Below are positions 31,187 through 40,089 of a stretch of 64,000 nt of DNA, piece by piece. The stretch is from an uncultured Planctomycetaceae bacterium. GTDB taxonomy: Bacteria > Planctomycetota > Planctomycetia > Gemmatales > Gemmataceae. The notes under the pieces are model-generated. The model had not been told where the DNA came from, made no database searches, and was given only the letters and a program-made list of their open reading frames with translations. How positions within the stretch are numbered: position 1 is the stretch's first letter; every line of letters begins with the position of its first letter. The stretch spans positions 1,302,127 to 1,366,126 of the forward strand of contig CAVYVK010000011.1 in the NCBI GenBank assembly GCA_963771935.1, read 5' to 3'. Made by a program: the position numbers and the translations under genes.

Positions 31187-31765
31187 ATGCGCTCTGAAAT
31201 GACCGCACGACAGGCTTTTCACATGCTCGAGAACGAGACGCTCTGGGAACTCGCGGAGCGCGTTCACGCCTTGCTCGCGCGAACACATTGCCCACGCCAT
31301 CGTGGGCGGCGTTGCGGTCTGTCTTCACGGCTATCGGCGGAACACCGTGGACCTCGATTTGCTCGTCCGGCCCGAAGACGCGGCCGCCCTCCGTTCCGCG
31401 CTGGAAGCCGAGGGCTTCCGATGGGCCCCGCGGAGAAAGAATTTCGCTCCGCCGACGGCGCGGCCATCCAATTCGTGCTTGCCGGCGAAAGCGAGGGACC
31501 GGGGCAGGCGGCCCTGTTTCCCAGCCCAGGCGATCGGAAGCACGTAACCACAATCGAAGGATTGCCGGTCCTATCGCTCGCCCAACTGATCCAGTCCAAG
31601 CTGGCCTGCGGCCTGGGCAACCTGCGCCGCACCCATAAGGACTTCGCCGACGTCGTCGAGCTGATCGCGTTCCACCGCCTGGACGGCTCCTTCGCGCGAT
31701 TCTTGCACAAGTCGGTTCGCAAGGAATTCCGCGAACTCGTTCGCCGCGCGGCCGGTCAGAAATAA
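31187..31765 (+). CDS. AbiEii-like/Pol-beta-fold nucleotidyltransferase, two frameshifts as assembled
   Basis: The reconstructed sequence is ...IAHAIVGGVAVCLHGYRRNTVDLDLLVRPEDAAALRSALEAEGF... (ORF 31302) flanked by the N- and C-terminal parts in ORF 31187. The G-G-x-A...R-x-T-x-D-L-D motif matches the nucleotidyltransferase fold. Confidence 0.55.
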   Translation: MRSEMTARQAFHMLENETLWELAERVHALLARTHCPRHRGRRCGLSSRLSAEHRGPRFARPARRRGRPPFRAGSRGLPMGPAEKEFRSADGAAIQFVLAGESEGPGQAALFPSPGDRKHVTTIEGLPVLSLAQLIQSKLACGLGNLRRTHKDFADVVELIAFHRLDGSFARFLHKSVRKEFRELVRRAAGQK

Positions 31766-31785
31766 GCCCCGTCGCCGTGAGCCGA

Positions 31786-31811
31786 GAACGGTTCGGCTAT
31801 GTGGTGCGGTT
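31786..31811 (+). repeat. 26-nt direct repeat, copy 2
   Basis: Identical to 31073..31098. Confidence 0.9.
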
Positions 31812-31887
31812 CGTGGCCGTCGGGCCGGAGGATGCGGGGTTGGGACCGCCGACGCAAATGGGGATCTTTGAGCACGACCAAAGGTAA
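31786..31887 (+). pseudogene. Displaced relic of an alternative hen1 3' end
   Basis: It encodes ERFGYVVRFVAVGPEDAGLGPPTQMGIFEHDQR-stop, against ERFGYVVRFLGIGPDAEMLGAPTQMAVFERNRME-stop at the real hen1 end. An in-frame stop lies just upstream. Confidence 0.75.
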
Positions 31888-31895
31888 ATGCCGAC

Positions 31896-32384
31896 ATGCC
31901 CAGCATCAAGGAATGGATGCGAATGTTTGCGAGCAACAAGCGCGAAGTCAAGCTTCGTGCCGCGAGGGCGCTTTTGCATCGCGCCGACGAAGCACCTCTG
32001 CGGCTTCTGGTCGAAATCCTTCAAAATCTATCTCAAGAAGGATTGGGTGCACAGACCGAAAAAGCGCTGCTGCAACGCCGGGATGCAGAACTCGTCCTGA
32101 AAATGATCGGTCTGCTTGAATCGCCCGATCCTTTCGTCAGGCAAGCGGCTTGCAATGTTCTTGGTCGTTTTGGAGACAGGGCAGTTACGCCACACCTCCT
32201 TCGCATGATCGACGATCCGCACCTGATGGTTCGGCGAGCGGCTGGTTTCAGCCTTGCTTTCCTGAAAGATCCATCATCGCTGCCCGAGCTAAAACGGCAG
32301 TATGAACGCCACCGTGATGACGATTCCAACGTCGTCATGGCTCTTCAGCGCGCTCTGCAAAGTCTCGGTGAAAAGGAACCATGA
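31896..32384 (+). CDS. Small HEAT/PBS-lyase-type repeat protein
   Basis: The repeats LLESPDPFVRQAACNVLGRFGDRAVTPHLLRMIDDPHLMVRRAAGFSLAFL are HEAT-like. GC is visibly lower than its neighbours. Confidence 0.6.
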   Translation: MPSIKEWMRMFASNKREVKLRAARALLHRADEAPLRLLVEILQNLSQEGLGAQTEKALLQRRDAELVLKMIGLLESPDPFVRQAACNVLGRFGDRAVTPHLLRMIDDPHLMVRRAAGFSLAFLKDPSSLPELKRQYERHRDDDSNVVMALQRALQSLGEKEP

Positions 32385-33330
32385 TGGACCGGGTGCATTA
32401 CCCTCCCGATTTGATCTTCTCCGTCGGCACGCAGGTCGTGACGCTGGTGGACATCCCCGCCCCCGCCGGCTTCATCCACCACCCGCGCGGCACGGTCGGC
32501 GTCGTCGTGAAGGCGCCGACCGACTCCGAGCATTCCTACCGGGTCCGCTTCCCCGACGGCTTCGAGGCGGCGCTCAAGCGGGGCGAGGTGACGATGCTGG
32601 CCCGGTTCAAGGAGGGCGAGATCGGCGACGGCGCCGATTCGGTCGCCTGGAACGACCTGTACGAGCGCGTCATCTATCGCTGCGTGATCGGCTCGCAGGC
32701 ATATGGCCTCGCCGACGCCGAGTCGGACGTGGACCGCCGGGGCATTTACTTGCCGCCCGCCGAGCTGCACTGGTCGCTCTACGGCGTGCCGGAGCAACTG
32801 GAGAACGACGCGACCCAGGAGGCGTACTGGGAGATTCAGAAGTTCCTCGTCCTGGCGCTCAAGGCGAACCCGAACGTCCTGGAGTGCCTCTACACGCCGC
32901 TGGTCGAGAAGGCGACGCCGCTGGCCGAGGAACTGCTGGCGATGCGGTCGATCTTCCTGTCCCGGCTGGTCTACCAGACCTACAACGGCTACGTGATGTC
33001 GCAGTTCAAGAAGATGCAGGCCGACATCCGCAACCAGGGCCAGGTCAAGTGGAAGCACGTCATGCACCTGATCCGGCTGCTGCTGTCGGGCATCGGCGTG
33101 CTTCGCGAGGGCTTCGTGCCGGTCCGGGTGGACGAGCATCGGGACCGGCTGCTGGCGATCCGGCGCGGCGAGGTGCCTTGGGAGGAGGTGGAGGACTGGC
33201 GGCTCGCCCTGCACCAGGAGTTCAACGCCGCCTTCGAGGCCACGAGGCTGCCGGAGCGCCCGACTACGAGCGCGCCAACGCCTTCCTGGTTCGCGCCCGG
33301 CGACTGGCCCTGGCGGAGGAGTTGCCGTGA
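32381..33330 (+). CDS. Pol-beta-type nucleotidyltransferase (PF10127/RlaP-like, from memory), one frameshift near 33255
   Basis: The motif is CVIGSQAYGLADAESDVDRRGIYLPP. The C-terminus ...LPERPDYERANAFLVRARRLALAEELP lies in ORF 32302..33330. An ATGA overlaps the HEAT gene stop. Confidence 0.6.
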
Positions 33331-33342
33331 TTCCGATCCCGC

Positions 33343-34085
33343 TTGCTGAAAAAGCAGGTTGAACAGCACCCGTACCCGCTGCTCTTCGCCACGATCAGCG
33401 GGGCGCACCTGTACGGCTTCCCCTCGCCGGACTCGGATTTCGACCTGCGCGGCGTCCATCTGCTGCCGCTCCAGGAGGTGGTCGGCCTCAAGACCGGCCC
33501 GGAGACCGTCGAGAAGTCGGGAATCCACGACGGCCTGGAGATCGACCTGGTGACGCACGACGCTCGGAAGTTCTTCGGCCTGCTGCTGAAGAAGAACGGC
33601 TACGTGCTGGAGCAGGTGTTCTCGCCGCTGGTCGTCCACACGACGCCGGAACACGCCGAGCTGAAGGAGATCGCCGCCGAGCTGCGTCACCCGCCACCAC
33701 GCCCACCACTACCTGGGCTTCGCGGAGACGCAGTGGAAGCTGTTCGCAGAAGGAGAACCCGCCGCGCGTCAAGCCGCTGCTGTACGTCTACCGCGTGCTG
33801 CTGACCGGCATTCACCTGATGCAGACGGGCGCGGTCGAGGCCAATCTCCTTCGCCTGAACGAGTCGGCCAGGCTGCCGTACCTCGACGACCTGATCGGCC
33901 GGAAGCTGGCCGGCGCGGAGAAGACCGTTCTCGTCGAGGTGGACCTCGACTTTCACCGGGGCGAGTACGAGCGCTTGCGCGGCGAGCTTCAGGCGGCGTC
34001 CGAGGCGAGTTCGCTGCCGGAATCTCCTCGGGCGAGTGAGGCGCTGCACGATCTGCTGGTCCGACTGCGGCTGCGTGGGCTTTGA
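33343..34085 (+). CDS. Second Pol-beta-type nucleotidyltransferase (paralogous family), at least two frameshifts
   Basis: The motif is ATISGAHLYGFPSPDSDFDLRGVHLLP. The tail ...LLTGIHLMQTGAVEANLLRLNE...HDLLVRLRLRGL lies in ORF 33795..34085. Confidence 0.55.
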
Positions 34086-34113
34086 GACCGGCGTCCTCCC
34101 TTTTCCGTGTGGA

Positions 34114-36720
34114 ATGATGATAATATCGATCCCCAAACTCAGCATTGTCGTCCTCATCGGCCCCAGCGGCGCTGGCAAGAGCACCTTCGCGCGCAAGCAC
34201 TTCCTGCCCACCGAAGTCCTGTCGTCGGACGCCTGCCGGGCGATGGTGGGAGACGACCCGAACGACCAGGCCGTCACCCACGACGCCTTCGAAGTGCTGC
34301 ACCACGTCGCCGCCAAGCGGCTGGCGCTGGGCCGGCTGACGGTGATCGACGCCACCAATGTGCAGCCCGAGGCCCGCAAGCCGCTCGTCGAACTGGCTCG
34401 GCGTTACTACTGCCTGCCGGTCGCCGTCGTGCTGAATCTGCCTGAACGGCTCTGCCAGGACCGCAACCGCCAGCGCGACGATCGCAACTTCGGTCCCCAC
34501 GTCATCCGCCAGCAGCAGTCCCAACTGCGCCGGTCGCTCCGGGCTCTCGGCCGCGAGGGCTTCCGTCACGTTTTCGTGCTGGAGACGCCGGAAGAGGTGG
34601 AAGCCGCCGTCGTCGAGCGCGTGCCCCTGTGGAACGATCGATCCGGGGAACGCGGCCCCTTTGACGTCATCGGCGACGTTCACGGCTGTTGCGACGAGCT
34701 GGAGGAGTTGCTCCGGCGGCTCGGCTACACGGCGATCAGGCTGGGGGACGCCGATCCCCTGTGGGGCGATCGCTATTTCGCCCATCCGGAGGGCCGTAAG
34801 GCCGTATTCGTCGGCGATCTGGTGGACCGCGGCCCCCGCGTCCTCGACGCCGTGCGGCTGGTGCGCAACATGGTCCACGGCGGCGCGGCCCTGTGCGTCC
34901 CCGGCAACCACGACATGAAGCTGCTGCGGAAGCTCCGGGGCAAGGACGTGCAGGTCACGCACGGCCTGGCCAACTCTCTCACGGAGATCGAGTCTCTGCC
35001 GGCCGAGGTGCGCGAGCCGTTCCGCAAGGCGCTGGCGGACTTCCTCGATGGCCTGGTGAGTCACTACGTCCTCGATGGCGGCAAACTGGTCGTGGCCCAC
35101 GCCGGGATGAAGCAGGAGATGCAGGGGCGCGGCTCCGCCAAGGTGCGCGACTTCGCGCTGTACGGCGAGACCACCGGCGAGACGGATGAGTTCGGTCTGC
35201 CGGTGCGCCAGAACTGGGCGGCCGAGTACCGGGGCCAGGCGATGGTCGTCTACGGCCACACGCCGGTCCCCGAGCCGGAGTGGCTGAACCGGACGGTCAA
35301 CATCGACACCGGCTGCGTCTTCGGCGGGAAGCTCACGGCCCTGCGTTACCCGGAGAAGGAATTCGTATCGGTGCAGGCCGCCCGCACATATTGCGAGCCG
35401 GCGCGGCCCTTCCTCCCCGACGACCGGAAGGCGCCGGCGCTCACGGCCCAGCAGGCCCACGACGCGGTCCTCGACGCCGACGACGTTCTCGGCAAGCGCA
35501 TCATCTCGACGCAGCTGCGCGGCAACGTCGTCATCAGCGAGGCGAACGCCGCCGCCGCCCTGGAAGTCATGAGCCGGTTCGCGGCCGACCCGAAATGGCT
35601 CATCTACCTGCCGCCGACCATGTCGCCGTGCGAGACGAGCGACGAGGCCGGCCTGCTGGAGCATCCCGCCGAGGCGTTCGCCTATTACCGCAGCCAGGGT
35701 GCGCCGAAGGTGGTGTGCGAAGAGAAGCACATGGGATCGCGGGCCGTGGCGGTCGTCTGCCGCGACGAGCAGGCGGCGCGGGAACGCTTCGGCGTGACCG
35801 AGGGCGACAGCGGCGTGGTCTACACCCGCACGGGCCGGCGCTTCTTCAACGAGCCGGACCTGGAGCGGCCGTTCCTGGACCGGCTCCGGGCCGCGCTGTC
35901 CGCCGCCGATTTTTGGGCCGCGTTGGAGACGACCTGGGTCTGTTTGGATTGCGAGCTGATGCCGTGGTCGGCCAAGGCTCAGGAGCTGCTGCGGAACCAG
36001 TACGCGGCGGTTGGGGCCGCCGGGCGCGCCTCGCTGCCAAAGGCCGTGGCGGCCCTGGAGCAGGCCGCCGCACGATTGGCCGGCGACGACAAGGACAAGG
36101 CCGAACGGATCGCCGACTCGTACCGCCGTCAGGAAGAGAACGTCGGCAAGTTCGTCGCGGCCTACCGGCGCTACTGCTGGCCGGTGGCGGCGCTGACCGA
36201 CCTGAAGCTGGCGCCGTTCCACCTGCTGGCCACGGAAGGGCGCGTCCATACGGACAGGGACCACGTCTGGCACATGGAAACGTTGGCCAGGGTGTGTCGG
36301 GAAGACCCGCAACTGCTGCTGGCGACGCCTCATCGGGTCGTTGACGTGACGGAACCGGCCGGCGAAGAAGCGGGGGTCCAGTGGTGGGCGGAGCTGACCG
36401 AGCGGGGCGGCGAGGGCATGGTGGTCAAGCCGCTCGCCTTCCTGCATCGGGGGAATCGGGGGCTCGCCCAGCCGGCCGTGAAGTGCCGAGGCCGCGAGTA
36501 CCTGCGCATCATCTACGGCCCCGAGTACACGACGGACGAGAACCTCGCGCGCCTGCGGAGCCGAGGTCTGGGCCGGAAGCGGTCGCTGGCGCTCGGCGAG
36601 TTCGCGCTCGGCGTCGAGGGGCTGGAGCGGTTCGTGCGGAGGGAGCCGCTGCGCCGCGTCCATGAATGCGTCTTCGGCATCCTCGCGTTGGAGAGCGAGC
36701 CGGTGGACCCGAGATTGTGA
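34114..36720 (+). CDS. pnkp: Polynucleotide kinase-phosphatase/ligase Pnkp
   Basis: Kinase P-loop VVLIGPSGAGKST; metallophosphatase motifs GDVHGCCDEL, GDLVDRGP and PGNHD; adenylyltransferase (ligase) lysine motif EEKHMGSRA. The domain order is as in bacterial Pnkp. Confidence 0.85.
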   Translation: MMIISIPKLSIVVLIGPSGAGKSTFARKHFLPTEVLSSDACRAMVGDDPNDQAVTHDAFEVLHHVAAKRLALGRLTVIDATNVQPEARKPLVELARRYYCLPVAVVLNLPERLCQDRNRQRDDRNFGPHVIRQQQSQLRRSLRALGREGFRHVFVLETPEEVEAAVVERVPLWNDRSGERGPFDVIGDVHGCCDELEELLRRLGYTAIRLGDADPLWGDRYFAHPEGRKAVFVGDLVDRGPRVLDAVRLVRNMVHGGAALCVPGNHDMKLLRKLRGKDVQVTHGLANSLTEIESLPAEVREPFRKALADFLDGLVSHYVLDGGKLVVAHAGMKQEMQGRGSAKVRDFALYGETTGETDEFGLPVRQNWAAEYRGQAMVVYGHTPVPEPEWLNRTVNIDTGCVFGGKLTALRYPEKEFVSVQAARTYCEPARPFLPDDRKAPALTAQQAHDAVLDADDVLGKRIISTQLRGNVVISEANAAAALEVMSRFAADPKWLIYLPPTMSPCETSDEAGLLEHPAEAFAYYRSQGAPKVVCEEKHMGSRAVAVVCRDEQAARERFGVTEGDSGVVYTRTGRRFFNEPDLERPFLDRLRAALSAADFWAALETTWVCLDCELMPWSAKAQELLRNQYAAVGAAGRASLPKAVAALEQAAARLAGDDKDKAERIADSYRRQEENVGKFVAAYRRYCWPVAALTDLKLAPFHLLATEGRVHTDRDHVWHMETLARVCREDPQLLLATPHRVVDVTEPAGEEAGVQWWAELTERGGEGMVVKPLAFLHRGNRGLAQPAVKCRGREYLRIIYGPEYTTDENLARLRSRGLGRKRSLALGEFALGVEGLERFVRREPLRRVHECVFGILALESEPVDPRL

Positions 36721-36813
36721 CGCGAACGTCGGCCGCCGGTTGCGATTCGCCCGGACGGCCGTTATTCTTCCCAGTAGAGTTCGCCGCCCCTTTCGCTTCC
36801 TCCGGCCCCGGTC

Positions 36814-39281
36814 ATGCCCGAAGGCGACAAGCACGATCCGCAATCGCTCACCGCTCCGGCGCCCCGGCCGAGGTGTTGCTCGTCTGCCCGGAGTGCGGCG
36901 CGCCCCTGGCCGCCGGCCTCTACGAAGCGCATCTCCGCCAGGCCCATCACCTCTATTTCTTCCGCGGCGTCCGCCGCACCTACACGGCGACCCTCGCCCA
37001 CCTGCTCAACCTCCTCGCCGAGACGCCGCCCGACGCGGACGCCTGGCGCGTGCTGGCGCTCCTCATGCGGGAGGAACACGGCGCCCGCGCCCCCACGGTC
37101 CTCGCCGCCCTGCTCGGCGCCCTGCTGACCCGTGTGGACGACGACCGGCGGGGCGCCGCCGTGGACGCGCTGGCGGTGCTGCTGGCCGACGACGACCTCC
37201 GCCTGACGACGGCGCTCGCCGCCGACGGCGAAGCCGCGGCGCGGCGGCTGGCGCTGGCCCTGGTCGCGCGGCAGACGCCGCCGTTCGATCCGGCGCTGTT
37301 GCAACCGCTGCGCGGATCTGCTGCTCGACCGCCGCCTGCCCGTCGAGGCGCAGTTCGCCGCCCTCGCCGCTCTGTTGCGCTCGGCCGGCCCGGACGGCCC
37401 GCTCGCCGCCGAATTCCTCCGCAAGCTCGTCGGCGGACTCGGCAAGGCCCGCTCCGTGAAGCGGCTGAGCGAATACGCGCGTCTCCACGGCCCCTCGCCT
37501 ACCATCGACGCCCTCTGCACGGAACTCGAAGAGCGGATGCGCATGAGCTGTCCGCGCTGCTCCGTCCAGCTGCGGCGGCCCGCGATGATACGCCACTTGT
37601 GGGACGAACATCGTCTGATTCTTGACGGCCGCCGCGTCCGCGATCCCTGGGCGGTGATCGGGGACTGGATCATCGAGCATCGCGCGACGGGCGACGCCGA
37701 GCTGCTGGAACGCTGCCGGCTGCGCGGCGTGCAGCTCGATCCCGAGGGCGGGCTGCACCGCGTCCACCGCCTGTTGCTGCGAACCGGGGCCGACGACGCC
37801 GAAGCGCGGCGCGGCCTCGTCGCCGAGGCCCGCGAGCGCCACGCCTCGCTCTGCCCGTGGTGCTTCGCCCTGGCGCCGCAGCCGCGCGAGGCGCCGCCGC
37901 TGGCGATCAACCTCCGGCCCGGCCGGCTCTCCGCCGGCGGCTACGAGATCGAGACAGGCTCCAAAGGGATATGGACTACCCTCGAAGTCCGTGCGCCGGG
38001 CCGTGCCCTGTTTCCACGGTCGTGAGGGCGCGATGGCGCCTGACGCGGCGCGGGGCGACGCTCTTCCTCGTCGGCCCTCTGGCGGCGCCGACGCTGGCTG
38101 CGGCCGTCGCCTGGACGGCGAGTGGTTTGGACATTTGTCCTCTTTCTTGTCCGCCTTCCTGACAGGGGCGGCGCTGCTGCTGCAATGGCGGGTCCGACGA
38201 CAATGGGCCGCCGGACGGCGCGCCGCCGATGCGGCTGGTGCGCCGCGCCTGGACGCACCTCGCGCCGCACCTGCACGAATCGGAATTCCGCCCGGAAGAC
38301 TCCGCATTCCTCGCCGGCCTGGCGCGGGCGCACGCCGCCCGGCGCCTTTCGGCAGCAGCGGGCGCCGCTGCTGACCGCGCTGCTTGAAGCGCACGGAGGA
38401 CGCCGTCGTCGCCGGCCTGGGGCCGCCCGGATGCCTTGCCGCCCTGCGCCGCCTCATGGTCGAGGACGCCGCCGCCGTTCGGCGCCGACCCGTGCCGCTC
38501 GTCGCCGACCAGCTCGCCCGCTGTTTCGAGGGCCGTCTGCCCTTGGTCTACGCGGAACATCTGCTGGCCGGCTGGCGCTCCCCCTGGTGGACGGCCGGCA
38601 ACCTCGTCCGGCTCCACGTGCTGCTGTGCGACCATGCCTTCGAGGCGGGCTTCGAGGTGAGCAACCTTCTCGACGCCGGACAGACGGTCCCGGCCCTCGG
38701 TGAGGTGTTGGGGACGAACGACCCGGCCGGCCTGGCGGCGCTGCGGCTCTTGTGGTCGCAGCGGCCGACGCGGCCCTGGGACCACTGCGGCGAGGCGCGC
38801 ACGGTCTTCGACTTGGCCGCGGAACCCGGCCGCGCCGACCTGCTGGGCCGGCGCCCCGATCTGCTCCTGTGGCAACGCGAGCCGCAATGGGTGATCGCGG
38901 CGGAGGGCGGCGACGAGCCGATGCGCGAGGTCGAGATCATGCTCTGCACCGGCGGGGTCTGGTTGCAGGAAGTGCGGTTCACTGCGCCCGCCGGCGACGA
39001 TTGAGGAGACGTACCGGGCGTTCGGCGGTTCGCTGGTGCTGGGCGAGCATCGCTTCCGCGGGGCGGCCGAGATCGACGCGCTGGCCCGGCGCATGGAACG
39101 GTGGTTCCGCTTCGCGTTTGCGGACTTCCTGCCGCGGACGGCCGACGTGCGGACGTGGCGGTCGCCGGAACGGGCGGCCATCCTGCGAGCGTGGGGCGCG
39201 GCCGCGTGCCCGGAATGCGGCTACTACCATCTCGCGCGGGTCGGCGCGGTCGGCGTCGCCCTGGACGAGGCGGCCCAATGA
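36814..39281 (+). CDS. Large hypothetical protein with C2H2-like zinc-finger motifs, at least six frameshifts as assembled
   Basis: CPECGAPLAAGLYEAHLRQAH and CPRCSVQLRRPAMIRHLWDEH share the spacing CxxC-x11-H-x4-H. CPWC and CPECGYYH are also present. A hydrophobic segment lies near 38040..38190. The protein is traceable through ORFs 36814, 36666, 37375, 37857, 37991, 38384 and 39036. Confidence 0.45.
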
Positions 39282-39282
39282 A

Positions 39283-39341
39283 CCAGCCCCGAGCGCGAGC
39301 GAGGGGTTCGGTCGAACCCCCTCGCTCGCGCTCGGGGCTGG
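39283..39341. repeat. Palindromic element, family 2 (28-bp stem)
   Basis: CCAGCCCCGAGCGCGAGCGAGGGGTTCG (39283..39310) pairs with CGAACCCCTCGCTCGCGCTCGGGGCTGG (39314..39341). It lies between convergent genes. Confidence 0.9.
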
Positions 39342-39358
39342 TAGGGAAGATAATACTA

Positions 39359-40075
39359 CTACACCCTTAACAGAGCGTCAATATCTCCTCCAGGCCGGAC
39401 GTCCACCGGCTCGCGGCCCTTGCGGAGCACCCGCGCCGGGGCGCCGATCAGCTCGGCGCCGCCCGGCTCGATGCGCAGGACGCCGCCCTCCCACAAGCCG
39501 ATCACCGGCGTGTCGTTCATCTCGTGGAACTCGCGGATGCGCTCGTCGCGCGTCTCGCCGAAGTGTGGCACGTAGGTCTCGCCGCTGCGGAGGAAGAATT
39601 GCCCCTCGTAATAGTGCGCATTGACCTGGAACGGAACCAATCCCAGGGCGGTGAAGCTCGGCGGCTGCACGATCGGCATGTCGTTGGTGGTCTTCAGGGT
39701 CGGGCAGGCCACGTTGCAGCCGGCGCTGATTCCCAGATACGGTGCGCCGTCCCGCACGCGCTCGCGGATCGGCTCCAGCAGGCCATGCCGGTACAGCGCG
39801 TCCAGCAGCCGGAACGTGTTGCCGCCGCCGACGTACAGCCCCTCCGCCCGGCGAACCGCGTCGGCGAGGTCGGGGTGGTTGTGAATCGGGTCCAGCTCGT
39901 AGCCGGCATGGAGGCCGCGCTCGACCAGGGCCGGCGCATAGCCGTCGAGGTTTCCCGCGGCGTACGGCACGAACAGCAGCCGCCGGATCGACCCGAAAAA
40001 CGACCGCATTTGGTGCGTGATAACGCCGACCCGCTCCGGCGTCCGAAATCCGCCGCTTCCCAGCAGCACGCGCAT
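39359..40075 (-). CDS. pepE: Dipeptidase E (peptidase S51)
   Basis: MRVLLGSGGFRTPERV...LYVGGGNTFRLLDALYRHGL...YLGISAGCNVACPT shows the S51 Ser nucleophile context. Confidence 0.8.
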   Translation of the reverse strand: MRVLLGSGGFRTPERVGVITHQMRSFFGSIRRLLFVPYAAGNLDGYAPALVERGLHAGYELDPIHNHPDLADAVRRAEGLYVGGGNTFRLLDALYRHGLLEPIRERVRDGAPYLGISAGCNVACPTLKTTNDMPIVQPPSFTALGLVPFQVNAHYYEGQFFLRSGETYVPHFGETRDERIREFHEMNDTPVIGLWEGGVLRIEPGGAELIGAPARVLRKGREPVDVRPGGDIDALLRV

Positions 40076-40089
40076 CGCCGACTCTCCTT

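Noticed and set aside
33769-36843. 1024-aa ORF on the minus strand opposite pnkp. Similar long antisense ORFs occur at 15371..17530 (+), 55212..57707 (-), 55343..57592 (+), 23494..25032 (-), 25168..26679 (-), 17441..18595 (-), 20895..22301 (+), 14943..15887 (-) and 37063..38457 (-).
   Set aside because: These are typical high-GC shadow frames. They are extremely Arg/Pro/Gly/Ala-rich, have no recognisable motifs, and each lies opposite or out of frame with a gene that has clear family signatures.
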